64,000 bases of DNA from the NCBI GenBank assembly GCA_047616665.1, contig JBLHGY010000002.1, forward strand, positions 9,319 through 73,318, given 5' to 3'. The notes beneath the pieces were generated by a model. That model was not told the DNA's origin. It ran no database searches and saw only the letters and a list, made by a program, of their open reading frames with translations. Source of the DNA: Polaribacter sp. Lineage in GTDB: Bacteria; Bacteroidota; Bacteroidia; Flavobacteriales; Flavobacteriaceae. This document shows, one piece after another, positions 19,601-28,157 of this stretch (position 1 is its first letter; each line of letters starts with the position of its first letter). The position numbers were made by a program, and so were the translations under genes.

Positions 19601-21179
19601 TTGGTGCTTGAATTCCGTCATTTGAAAACTCACCAACTTTAAAGGAATTTTTTGTGCTTCCGTTTACGTTACCAGCAACCGTATATTCGTAGGCAACTGC
19701 TAAAACTTCTCCATCATTTAACCTTCTGTTTAAAGATATAAAACCCAATTGCGGGTTTAAACGATATTCATTTTGATTTAATTTTCTAGCATTTTCTAAA
19801 ACGGAATAGTTGGTTCCATTTTGCATATTATAAGGCAATAAAGAACTGTCTACTGTAGAGATATCTCTAATGTTGCCATTTTCTATAATTTCTGTACCAA
19901 TTCTGTTAGCACCGTTAAACGGAAGATTTTTTCCAGATACTTGTGCTTGTGTAATGGAATTATTTAAAACCACTCCATTTTCATCCACTAGAACATTAGG
20001 TTCAGATTCACCGATATCTGCAAATGCAACAATACTTCTAAAATCTTCTGTACTTGCATTTCTATTGGTAATCCAAACTTCTACTCTCGTAATATTTATA
20101 GGACTACTTATTAAAGGATAATTTTTTAGTGAATTTGCATAGTTGTCTATAAAGTACTGAGACAGGAAAAAGTGTCTGTCATTGTCATAATCTGTAGTTC
20201 TTAACTCAAATTCTTGAATAGAGGCACCACCTTCTGCAACCACCGTTTTACTTTCAGAATTTTGTTGAGAGAAAACAGCCGTAATATTTGTATTCCCAAA
20301 CTGTAATTTTGTTTTTACACCAAATAAACTTTGCGCTCCGTTAATTAAAGAGTTTTTAATAGGCATAGAAATATTACCAGCCTCTAGCCCCTGTATTATG
20401 CCGTCTTCAGAAAACTCTCCACCATTTTTATAAGCATCAATTTTTTCGCTAGCACCGCTCGTTTTACTTCTTATATCGGATAGTTTATTACTGTTTTTGT
20501 CGCCTAGTACTTCAGATGCTGATGGTGGTATAAATTGAATTTTTACTAAATTTTGAAAATCGAAAGATGCCTGTGTGTCGTAATTGAAAGTAGCCTCTAT
20601 ACGAGAACCAACTTTTGCACGAACACTTGCGTTTATTTGTTGATCAAAATCAAACGTTAGGTTGCTTCTGTTTTCTTCTGAAATTTGCGGATTGTCTGTG
20701 TTCTGATAAATAAAACCAAGTTTTAAGTTCAAATTACCAGTTGGTATTACCTTTACCTCTGTACCACCAAAAATAGTTTCAAAAAATTTATTATTTATAT
20801 AATACGTTGGTAATAAATCTTTTTGAGCTGATTTGGCTCCTTTTTTCTTGCTGTTTGTTGCACTTACCTTGTCTTTAAAGTATTGCAACATGTCTCTTTT
20901 TAATCTATATTGTTGGTATTCTTTTGGTGTTAAATAAATAGGAGTTCTTGTAGCATAATTTCCAATTTTTTCAACAATAACATATTTGTTTAATAGCGTA
21001 TCAAAAATAATTTCTTTTTTGGCTAAATCATCTAAATACAACCCCCCTTTTTGGGTGTTTTTAAAATTGTAGCGCAAGTTTGTACTATCTTTTTGGGTAT
21101 TATTTTGGCCGTAGGTTGTTGCGCTTACTGCAAGAGTAATAAGAAGTACTAAAAAAATTCTTTTAAAAAAAGGACTCAA
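13665..21179 (-). CDS. sprA: T9SS outer membrane translocon SprA/Sov
   Basis: 2504 aa; FDFDQQI, GAQSLFG, SYIDDFE, WYQFRVP, SIRFIRMFL, VWFNELR; between ruvA and gcvH as in other Flavobacteriaceae. Confidence 0.95.
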   Translation of the reverse strand: MSPFFKRIFLVLLITLAVSATTYGQNNTQKDSTNLRYNFKNTQKGGLYLDDLAKKEIIFDTLLNKYVIVEKIGNYATRTPIYLTPKEYQQYRLKRDMLQYFKDKVSATNSKKKGAKSAQKDLLPTYYINNKFFETIFGGTEVKVIPTGNLNLKLGFIYQNTDNPQISEENRSNLTFDFDQQINASVRAKVGSRIEATFNYDTQASFDFQNLVKIQFIPPSASEVLGDKNSNKLSDIRSKTSGASEKIDAYKNGGEFSEDGIIQGLEAGNISMPIKNSLINGAQSLFGVKTKLQFGNTNITAVFSQQNSESKTVVAEGGASIQEFELRTTDYDNDRHFFLSQYFIDNYANSLKNYPLISSPINITRVEVWITNRNASTEDFRSIVAFADIGESEPNVLVDENGVVLNNSITQAQVSGKNLPFNGANRIGTEIIENGNIRDISTVDSSLLPYNMQNGTNYSVLENARKLNQNEYRLNPQLGFISLNRRLNDGEVLAVAYEYTVAGNVNGSTKNSFKVGEFSNDGIQAPNNLAVKLLRSEILQTKRPNSTTGLDESFPTWRLMMKNVYALGAFPLTQDGFRFEIQYRDDQTGIPSNVLQNAQTTGISNLPLLQVLNLDQLDQSQFRTADGYFDYVEGVTVNSENGFIFFPEPEPFGNDLEDALTNPLDATYLFKELYLNTKINIKNNFQSKDKYFLKGYFKSENSGGIPIGAFNVPRGSVRVSAGGRQLVEGVDYVVDYQLGRVQIIDPGLSASGVPISISTENNAVFNQQRKTFFGIDVEHKFSDELIVGATYLNIEERPLTPKVNFGAEPINNTMLGFNFDYSSEIPFFTKLANKLPFVDTDVASNLSLRGDIAYLIPGSPSGIDVTGAATSYIDDFEASQIPISLLSALDWYEASTPKYFPNLNGESDDLSYNYKRGKLAWYRVDQIFYGAGNTPSSVDANELSRAETRQINYRELFPNVQLDITQNSLVRTLDLAYFPQERGSYNFNQDPNEASIDVATEKVTLLKPQENWGGIMRPLTTNNFDQANVEYMQFWIMDPYQNYSLTTAEGLPEGIDPNNITNQIGDLYINLGNISEDILKDNRKMYENGLPEDGLKVDENNVNSTIWGDVPRNPSIIYAFNEQDAARANQDLGFDGLKDVEEKQLDNIGQYSGLIDPAADNFQFFRGANLDAINASLITRYKDYNNTQGNSQTLNQSTESYPTSSTSYPDTEDINRDQTMNTVESYFEYKVSMNQADLKKGVGYVVDEKTTTVTLDNGSTQETKWYQFRVPVRSGTPINGISDFNSIRFIRMFLTNFKMPIVIRFGELDLVRGDWRRYVRTLDPNTNTDRELTQEELNAFEVGVVSIEQNEGSYTQPPGIERERLQGSTTVQLQNEQSVTLKVNQLKPNEIRAIYKNISIDLRRFKQLKMFMHLQQDIKNSILNDGDISAIIRLGTDLNENFYQIEIPLTVSNAGTSALDLWPEANNLDAFLENFGKIKLERNRANFPVSGIFPSQEQDEGTPYKLSVKGNPTLAQLRTIMLGIKNTTLNNRSAEVWFNELRSAGFDNKGGWAAVLNADANFADVANVSLAGSMSTVGFGNVEDRINQRSLDETKQYDIATTINLGKVLTPKKWGIQLPMSYSIGETFIDPKFDPQYQDVTLEDAIDQNPNSEFSRDYTKRTSISFINVKKNRNPNSTKKPKFYNVENLSVSYAHNKEFHRDYNIKKYSNETATAGANYNYNFQGKSLEPFKNIGFLNSKYLKLIKDFNFNPIPSTVAVNSRINRNFTEQQSRNLVEGLSAQPALKQRRFLFDWDYTVGFDLTKSLQFNFNATNSYIYDTFGSNDDIQIFDEFFNTGRANHYHQKLNGTYQLPLAKIPFLSWIKADYAYTADFDWQAAAQSTIDINGTDVAYVDLVGNVIQNANTHNLNTTFSFEKFYKSLGFEKWAKTKRERLTDTLKMVKQIKRFNKPFYLKKKERKIAKVLKGFKETLQAQKEKIKSIEKVIATLDKELDEKLSPEEKTSILQKRAQLSTEILTATKKIKTLEIKRKDNLDALQNNYKREHRRIGYLGNKIPLAKKILKGLYTVATSVKQGKVSYSENNGQYLPGYTQDIGFLGGAPTSFAFGSQVDIRNTALQNGWLVGPRDPNNSEYYNKTYSRTQYNKLDYTFTLKPIKDLNIDIRGNQIKTRDLSQQLDVVENGSSTGALDFSAPAFETGNFSTSHAMIATAFTDGDALFQTMKAYRSIIANRLAKETGAPIDGFGSNSQQVLLPAFMAAYSGSNPDKINTGLFRNIPIPNWTLRYSGFMKLGFFKRNFSSFVISHGYKSSYTVSSFTNNLQYDNDNAFSNRNSAGNYESQLLVSAATLVDEFSPLIKLDMKMRNSFSLRGEVKSDRTLTMNFNNSTLTDIKGTEYILGMGYVFKDVKVNTRFTGKKQTLKGDVNLRADVSLRDNLTQIRSVDEDNNQISGGQRLFSIKFTADYRLSSSLTASFYYNHQTSKYAISTTFPRQAINGGFNIIYNLGGN

Positions 21180-21183
21180 TTGG

Positions 21184-21765
21184 TTATAGATTTTTTAAAG
21201 CTAATTTTATAATTTGTTCAACGGAAGCATCTGTATTTTCTTTTACAATAGCAGAAACTAATTTTTCTGATTGTTTTCTTTGAAAACCTAAGACTTCTAA
21301 CGCAGATAACGCTTCATCTTTATTTGTATTGTTTACACCGACAGAAACTTCGTCAATATCAAAAGTCTTTAATATTTTATCTTTTAAGTCTACAATAACT
21401 CTTTGTGCTGTTTTTACACCAATACCTTTTACAGATTGAATAACAGCAACGTTTTCTGAGGCAATTGCTTGCTGAATTTCTTCTGAAGTCATAGAAGATA
21501 ACATGGTTCTTGCAATACTTGGACCGACGCCAGAAACAGAAATTAAAAACTTAAAAATTGCTCTTTCTGTTTTGTTGATAAATCCAAAAAGTGTGTGCGC
21601 ATCTTCTCGTATAGAAAGATGCGTATATAAAACTACGTTTTCGTCTGAAGGCAGTGCAGCATATGTGTTTAAAGAAATATGCAACAAATACCCAACACCA
21701 TTGCAGTCAACAACAACCTCTGTTGGATTTTTCTCTACTAACCTTCCTCTAACTTGTGTTATCAT
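21184..21765 (-). CDS. ruvA: Holliday junction branch migration protein RuvA
   Basis: GVGY, LISVSGVGP, KGIGVKTAQR, EALSALEVLGF. Confidence 0.95.
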   Translation of the reverse strand: MITQVRGRLVEKNPTEVVVDCNGVGYLLHISLNTYAALPSDENVVLYTHLSIREDAHTLFGFINKTERAIFKFLISVSGVGPSIARTMLSSMTSEEIQQAIASENVAVIQSVKGIGVKTAQRVIVDLKDKILKTFDIDEVSVGVNNTNKDEALSALEVLGFQRKQSEKLVSAIVKENTDASVEQIIKLALKNL

Positions 21766-21791
21766 AAAAATATTTTCAGACTTCTAAAGTA

Positions 21792-24080
21792 CTACTTTTT
21801 ATTTGTTGTTTTTTTTTCTTTTTGTTGTGCATCTACAACTGCTAAAGCAGCCATATTTACCATTTCATCTACGCTGGCACCTAACTGTAAAATATGCACC
21901 GGTTTGTTAAAACCTAAAATTACAGGTCCAATAGATTCTGCACCTTCTACTTGTTTTAACAACTTGTAGGTAATGTTGGCAGATTCTAGATTAGGGAAAA
22001 TTAAAACATTCACTTTTTTTCCGTTTAACTTAGAAAAAGGAAACTCTTTGGCTAGCATTTCTGGGTTTAAAGCAAAATCTGCTTGTATCTCTCCATCTAT
22101 TACAGTATCCGGAAAATAACGATGTATATAAGAGACAGCCTCTCTAATTTTTTTAGAAGTTGCAGAATTTGAAGAGCCAAAATTAGAGTAAGACAGCATA
22201 GCAATATTTGGTTTCATACCAAACATATTTGCAAATCTGCCAGTCATTTGTGCAATTTTAGCCAATTCTTTTGCTGTAGGATTCTCGTTAATAGTCGTAT
22301 CCGCTAAAAACAAAGGGCCTTGTTTTGTTAACATTAGATTACAAGCCGCTATTCTTGTAACATCTTTGTCTTTTTCTATTAACTCTAGCATTGGTTTTAC
22401 AACCGTTGGGTAGGGTCTAGAATATCCAGTAATTAAAGCATCTGCTTCGCCTTCATTTACCATCATTGCAGCAAAATAATTACGCTCTCGCATTAATTTT
22501 TTTGCTTCAGAAAGCGTTCTTCCTTTTCTCTGGCGTGTTTTCCAGTATGCTTCGCCAAAACGGTTTATTCTTTCTTTTTCTTCGTCTGTTTTTGGGTCTA
22601 TAATAGTAACTTCATCTAAAAACCCAATTTCTTCTTTCAGCTCAATAATTACATCTTTTCTTCCTAGTAAAATTACTTTCCCTAGTTTTTCTTCATGCAC
22701 TCTTTGTGCTGCTTTTAAAACATCTAGATGATCTGCTTCTGCAAAAACAACACGTTTTGGATTGTTTTTTGCGCTGTTATGTAAAAGTCTAATTTCTTTA
22801 TTACCAGAGCCAGAGCGCTCCATTAATTCTTCTCTATATTTATCCCAGTCTTCAATTGGTTCTAAGGCAACTCCAGACTCCATTGCAGCTTTTGCAATTG
22901 CTGGTGGAATTTCATAAATTAATCTTGGATCAAATGGTTTTGGAATAATGTACTCTCTCCCGTAGGTTAAACTCACTTCATCATACACAATGTTTACTTG
23001 TTCTGGAACCGTTTTTTTAGCTAAATCTGCTAAAGCATGCACAGCTGCCATTTTCATCTCTTCGTTAATTTTGGTTGCTCTAACATCTAAAGCTCCTCTA
23101 AAAATAAACGGGAAACCAAGTACATTATTTACTTGATTAGGATGGTCAGATCTTCCGGTAGCCATAATAATATCATCTCTAGTAGCTACTGCAATATCGT
23201 ATTCTATTTCTGGTTCTGGATTTGCCATTGCAAAAACAATAGGATCATTAGCCATTGTTAAAAGCATCTTTGGCGTTACTATATTTCCTGTAGATAAACC
23301 TATAAAAATATCTGCATTCTGCATTGCTTCATCTAAAGTTTCTAAATCTCTATCGGTTGCAAATTCTGCTTTTTGTGAGGTAAGATTTTCTCTATCTTTT
23401 CTAATTACTCCTTTGCTGTCGCACATGACAACATTTTCTCTTTTTACACCTAACTTTAAATATAAACGTGTACAAGAAATTGCTGCGGCACCGGCACCAT
23501 TTACTACAATTTTTACTTTACTAATATCTTTTTCTGCAATATCAATGGCATTTTTAAGCGCAGCTGCAGAAATAATTGCAGTTCCGTGCTGATCGTCATG
23601 CATTACAGGAATGTCTAACTCTTCTTTTAAACGTCTTTCTATTTCAAAAGCTTCAGGAGCTTTAATGTCTTCTAAATTAATGCCACCAAATGTAGGAGCA
23701 ATCGCTTTTACTGTTTGTATAAAAAGTTCTACATCTGTTGCATCTACTTCAATGTCAAAAACATCAATATCTGCAAATATTTTAAAAAGCAATCCTTTTC
23801 CTTCCATTACTGGTTTAGAGGCTTCAGGACCAATATTTCCCAAACCTAAAACTGCAGTTCCATTAGAAATTACAGCCACTAGGTTGCCTTTAGCAGTATA
23901 CTTATAAACGTTATTTTTATCTTTTGCAATTTCTAAACAAGGTTCTGCTACTCCTGGAGAATATGCCAATGCTAAATCGTGCTGCGTTGCATATTTTTTA
24001 GTAGGAACAACTGCAATTTTTCCTGGTTTTGGCTTCGCATGGTATAATAAGGCTTCGTGTCTTTTTCTAGAATCACTCAT
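21792..24080 (-). CDS. maeB: NADP-dependent malic enzyme with C-terminal PTA domain
   Basis: LAYSPGVA, NLEDIK, HDDQHGTA, NQVNN; PTA domain IDGEIQAD, FPNLESANI. Confidence 0.95.
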   Translation of the reverse strand: MSDSRKRHEALLYHAKPKPGKIAVVPTKKYATQHDLALAYSPGVAEPCLEIAKDKNNVYKYTAKGNLVAVISNGTAVLGLGNIGPEASKPVMEGKGLLFKIFADIDVFDIEVDATDVELFIQTVKAIAPTFGGINLEDIKAPEAFEIERRLKEELDIPVMHDDQHGTAIISAAALKNAIDIAEKDISKVKIVVNGAGAAAISCTRLYLKLGVKRENVVMCDSKGVIRKDRENLTSQKAEFATDRDLETLDEAMQNADIFIGLSTGNIVTPKMLLTMANDPIVFAMANPEPEIEYDIAVATRDDIIMATGRSDHPNQVNNVLGFPFIFRGALDVRATKINEEMKMAAVHALADLAKKTVPEQVNIVYDEVSLTYGREYIIPKPFDPRLIYEIPPAIAKAAMESGVALEPIEDWDKYREELMERSGSGNKEIRLLHNSAKNNPKRVVFAEADHLDVLKAAQRVHEEKLGKVILLGRKDVIIELKEEIGFLDEVTIIDPKTDEEKERINRFGEAYWKTRQRKGRTLSEAKKLMRERNYFAAMMVNEGEADALITGYSRPYPTVVKPMLELIEKDKDVTRIAACNLMLTKQGPLFLADTTINENPTAKELAKIAQMTGRFANMFGMKPNIAMLSYSNFGSSNSATSKKIREAVSYIHRYFPDTVIDGEIQADFALNPEMLAKEFPFSKLNGKKVNVLIFPNLESANITYKLLKQVEGAESIGPVILGFNKPVHILQLGASVDEMVNMAALAVVDAQQKEKKTTNKK

Positions 24081-24331
24081 AAGTTAGTCGTTTATTGTAA
24101 CCCACAAATATATGGTTTTCAATTGAAGAGAAAACGAAGAAAGAGAATCTTTTATAAAATGGATTTCTTATTTAAAACAAGAAAATTAATTATAAATACA
24201 GATTGTTTCTTAGAAAGTTTTGCTGTTTTAAAAGGCGCTGTAAAGTAAAAATAATTGTATTTGATTTAACAAATCTTAACAGTTTTCTTGTAACATAAAC
24301 TTTATGTTTACGTCTTATAAAAAAACCTACG

Positions 24332-26797
24332 ATGAAAAAGAGTGTTATTATTTTATTTTTGTGCTTTGCATTTGCTATCAATGCGCAGATAAAAGGAACC
24401 GTGAAAGACAAAGAAGGAGCACCCCTGTCTTTTGTAAGTGTTTATTTAAATAAGACTTTTACAGGAACTACTACAAATGGCAATGGAGACTATCTTTTAG
24501 ATATAAAAAAACCAGGAAAGTATGCCGTAGTCTTTCAAATTATAGGATTTACTACTTTAAAAAAAGAGGTAAACATTACTTCTTTTCCGTTTGAATTAGA
24601 TATTGTTTTAGAGGAAGAAAATGTACAATTAAAAGAAATTGTAATTTCAACAAAAGACAATCCTGCAAACCGAATTATAAGAAATGTTATTGCGAATAAA
24701 GAGAAGAATACGGATAAATATTCTAAGTACACAGCAAAATTTTATTCTAGAGGATTGTTTAGAATAAAAAACGCCCCAGAAAAGTTGCTTGGAATAAGTA
24801 TTGGCGATCTTGGTGGAGGTTTAGATTCTACCAGAAGCGGAATTGTATATCTCTCTGAAACGTTCTCGAACATCTCTTTTCAGAAAAAACCGAAAAAATT
24901 TAAAGAAAAAATAACGGCTTCTAAAGTCTCAGGTAAAGACAATGGTGTTAGTTTTAATAGAGCAGAAGAATCTAATTTAGATTTGTATGAAAATAGCTTG
25001 GAAATTTTTAATGGTCTAATCTCTCCAATTGCTTCAAACGCTTTTAGTTATTATAAGTATAAATTAGTGGGTTCCTTTTATGACACCAATAGCAGATTAA
25101 TTAATAAAATAAAATTAATTCCGAAGCGAAAAAACGACCGTGTTTTTGATGGTTTTATTTATATTGTAGAAGATGATTGGGCATTGTACGGAACAGATGT
25201 TACTACAACAGGCGCGCAAATAGGAATTCCTATTTTAAATTCTTTAGAATTAAAACAAGGGTATCAATATTCCGAGGAAATAGCCGGTTGGGTTTTAACA
25301 AATCAAACCATTGGTTTTGATGTTTCTTTCTTTGGTATTAAACAGAACGGTAAATTCTCTTACGTGTATTCAGACTATAACTTTAAGCCTTCTTTTAGCG
25401 AAAATAGCTTTACCAATGAGGTTTTGTCTTTCGAAAAAGACGCTTCAAAAAAAGACACTGTTTTTTGGAATAAATTAAGACCTGTGCAACTTACAAAAGA
25501 AGAGGCTACAGATTATAAAATTAAAGACAGTATTAAGATTGTTCGAAAATCTAAACCCTATTTAGATTCGATTGATCGCAAAGGAAATAGGTTTGGTTGG
25601 TTAGATCCAATTAAGGGATATCGTTTTAGAAACTCTTACAAAAACAACTCTTTTTCTTATAAAGGGCCTTTATTAAAGTCTGGTTTTAACACCGTGCAAG
25701 GTTTTTATACAGGTGCGGGCTTTCGTTATTTTGAGCAAATAAATAAATATGGAAAATGGTGGAACGCAGGCGTAAATGCCGAATATGGTTTTTCAGACAA
25801 ACGGGTAAGACCTACTTTCTTTTTTACCAAAAAGTGGAATAATTTATCAAGACCAAGGTTAAATATTTCAGGAGGAGTTACAACGAGTCAGTTTAACGGC
25901 AGAGAACCGATGAAAAAATTCGGGAACACTTTAAGATCTTTGTTTTTTGGTAATAATTATTTGAAGATTTATGAAAAAACCTTCACAAAGGTTGCATATT
26001 CCGAAGAAATTAAAAATGGTGTTTACTTTTCATCTTCCTTAGAATATGCAAAAAGAACGCCACTTTTTAATACTACAAATTACGCTTTCGTAAAGGAAAG
26101 TCAAAATGAATACAACTCTAACAATCCTTTAGACGAGACAGATTTTACAAACGGCGCTTTTAAAGAACACAATATTGCTACTTTAAATGTGGGTGCTAAT
26201 TTTGTCTTTGGTCAAAAATACGCTACATATCCTAACTCAAAAATGAACGAGGGCAACGATACGTATCCGAAGTTAAGTGTAAATTATACGAAAAGATTTG
26301 GCGCAAAGAATTCAGCGTTAAATTCAGATCTATTTACAGCAAATATTACACAAGATGTGCGTGCAGGAAATTATGGTAATTTTCAATATCAAATTAGGGC
26401 AGGTGCTTTTTTAAAGAAGAAAGATATTGCTTTTATGGATCATTTACAGGCCAATGGAAATCAATTATTATTTCCAATAGATACAGGGCTTAATAGTTTT
26501 AATCTATTGGAGTATTATAAGTTTTATACGAATGATAAATATGCAGAAATGCATTTAGAGCATGACTTTAGGGGAGCTATATTAGGTCAGATTCCTTTAA
26601 TTAATAAATTGAATTTTCATCTGGTAGTAGGTGCAAAAGCACTGTTTATGGCAGATAGTAAACCTTACACAGAATATGCTGTTGGTTTGGCAAACGTAGG
26701 TTTTGGTAAATGGCGTCTTCTTCGCATAGAATATGTGAATTCTCAATACGGTGCTATAAAAGAAAATGGTTTTGTGTTTAGAGCAAGTTTGTTTTAA
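24332..26797 (+). CDS. Carboxypeptidase-like regulatory domain + DUF5686-type outer membrane protein
   Basis: Signal peptide, IKGTVKD...GTTTN..G.Y N-domain, SPIA..AF.YY.Y, FWNKLRPVQLT, C-terminal Phe. Confidence 0.8.
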   Translation: MKKSVIILFLCFAFAINAQIKGTVKDKEGAPLSFVSVYLNKTFTGTTTNGNGDYLLDIKKPGKYAVVFQIIGFTTLKKEVNITSFPFELDIVLEEENVQLKEIVISTKDNPANRIIRNVIANKEKNTDKYSKYTAKFYSRGLFRIKNAPEKLLGISIGDLGGGLDSTRSGIVYLSETFSNISFQKKPKKFKEKITASKVSGKDNGVSFNRAEESNLDLYENSLEIFNGLISPIASNAFSYYKYKLVGSFYDTNSRLINKIKLIPKRKNDRVFDGFIYIVEDDWALYGTDVTTTGAQIGIPILNSLELKQGYQYSEEIAGWVLTNQTIGFDVSFFGIKQNGKFSYVYSDYNFKPSFSENSFTNEVLSFEKDASKKDTVFWNKLRPVQLTKEEATDYKIKDSIKIVRKSKPYLDSIDRKGNRFGWLDPIKGYRFRNSYKNNSFSYKGPLLKSGFNTVQGFYTGAGFRYFEQINKYGKWWNAGVNAEYGFSDKRVRPTFFFTKKWNNLSRPRLNISGGVTTSQFNGREPMKKFGNTLRSLFFGNNYLKIYEKTFTKVAYSEEIKNGVYFSSSLEYAKRTPLFNTTNYAFVKESQNEYNSNNPLDETDFTNGAFKEHNIATLNVGANFVFGQKYATYPNSKMNEGNDTYPKLSVNYTKRFGAKNSALNSDLFTANITQDVRAGNYGNFQYQIRAGAFLKKKDIAFMDHLQANGNQLLFPIDTGLNSFNLLEYYKFYTNDKYAEMHLEHDFRGAILGQIPLINKLNFHLVVGAKALFMADSKPYTEYAVGLANVGFGKWRLLRIEYVNSQYGAIKENGFVFRASLF

Positions 26798-26810
26798 CTA
26801 TTTTTGATGT

Positions 26811-27053
26811 ATGAAAATTAAAACACTTTTCTTTGGTATTACTGCTGATTTAATTGGTGAAAGTGAACTCGATGTATTAATATCAAGTTCTATTTCTATT
26901 GTTGCATTTAAAACTGTTTTAAAAGAGAAATATCCACAGTTAAAAAATATTGAATCTTATGCAATTGCTGTAAACGAAGTATATGCAGAAGATGCTTTAT
27001 TTTTAAAAGAGGGTGATGTTGTCGCGGTTATTCCGCCAGTTAGCGGAGGTTAA
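26811..27053 (+). CDS. moaD: MoaD/ThiS sulfur carrier
   Basis: IAVN, GDVVAVIPPVSGG C-terminal diglycine. Confidence 0.9.
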   Translation: MKIKTLFFGITADLIGESELDVLISSSISIVAFKTVLKEKYPQLKNIESYAIAVNEVYAEDALFLKEGDVVAVIPPVSGG

Positions 27054-27169
27054 AAATGATTTTAATTCTTTTCAGGAACGCTTAGTATTTAACTTCGTAA
27101 AGTTAAACAGATATCATGGGTTGTTAAAACTGGTAATGCCCGATCTTTTTATACTTCAAATTACAAAAA

Positions 27170-27445
27170 TTACTTCTGCAAATACTTTTTATCTACATAA
27201 AAAGTTCCAAAAGGAATGACAGAGGCGAGTATAACAATTCCTATAGTTTTTAGATTCCATTGCATTTGTTTCTGAATAACAATTGCCAAAACAATATAGC
27301 CCATAAACAAAATTCCGTGTGGCATTCCAAGCATTTTCACATAAGATGCATCGCCCTGAGAGTATTTAATTGGTACCGCAATAAAAAGCAACAATAAATA
27401 AGAGATTCCTTCTAAAAAGCTAATAACTCTAAATGTATTTTTCAT
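27170..27445 (-). CDS. DUF3817 membrane protein
   Basis: FRVISFLEGISY, GMPHGILF, IPFGTF. Confidence 0.85.
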   Translation of the reverse strand: MKNTFRVISFLEGISYLLLLFIAVPIKYSQGDASYVKMLGMPHGILFMGYIVLAIVIQKQMQWNLKTIGIVILASVIPFGTFYVDKKYLQK

Positions 27446-27566
27446 TTAATAAATTGTTTTATAGAGATTCATAGAGAGTCTCAGAGGTTTTTTATCTGCG
27501 CTACAAAAATACAAATTTGTTTTCCTATTTTTGTAAAATACTGAGCTTGTTTCAGTAGCTCATAAA

Positions 27567-27989
27567 ATGATTAGAACTTCTATAAAAATAACGTCAGAAA
27601 AACTAGATTTACAAGAATGCTACCGTTTTGTAGAAGACGCTTCTTGTGGCGGAATTTCTGCATTTATAGGAACTGTTAGAAATGATACTCAAGGAAAAGA
27701 AGTAACACAATTAGATTTTTCTACCTACAAACCAATGGCAATTAAGGAAATGCAAAAAATTGCAGCACTAACTTTAGAAAAGTTTGATATTTATAAAATT
27801 GCTGTGCATCATGCGGAAGGAGTTTTGAAAATAGGAGACATTCCTGTCATAATTACGGTTTCTTCTAAACATAGAAAAGCAGCTTTTGCAGCTTGTGAAT
27901 TTGCAATTGATACCCTAAAGGAAACGGTTCCAATCTGGAAAAAAGAATACTTTTCTGATGGCGCGGTTTGGGTGAATGCACATCCTTAG
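27567..27989 (+). CDS. moaE: Molybdopterin synthase catalytic subunit
   Basis: GGISAFIGTVR, SKHRKAAF, LKETVPIWKKE. Confidence 0.93.
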   Translation: MIRTSIKITSEKLDLQECYRFVEDASCGGISAFIGTVRNDTQGKEVTQLDFSTYKPMAIKEMQKIAALTLEKFDIYKIAVHHAEGVLKIGDIPVIITVSSKHRKAAFAACEFAIDTLKETVPIWKKEYFSDGAVWVNAHP

Positions 27990-28006
27990 GTTTTAGTCTC
28001 AGTTTA

Positions 28007-28135
28007 CAGTAATTAGTTTTTTACTGTTACGGTGTTTGGTTGGTAGCCTTTTATATCGCTTAGCGTTTTTACTCTGGTATTGTTAGTAGTCTTATTTTAA
28101 ATACTCGTTTGTATTACAGTAAAAAACTGCTACTG
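28007..28135. repeat. Imperfect inverted repeat with CAGT/ACTG short-period units
   Basis: AGTTTTTTACTGT (28015-28027) and ACAGTAAAAAACT (28116-28128) are exact reverse complements. Confidence 0.6.
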
Positions 28136-28157
28136 CCAACCGTTACTAAATACTATT

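Noticed and set aside
27013-27219. 68-aa ORF or Moco riboswitch downstream of moaD
   Set aside because: The ORF overlaps both neighbours and has no motif; I could not fold a convincing Moco riboswitch, and the position is downstream of moaD.
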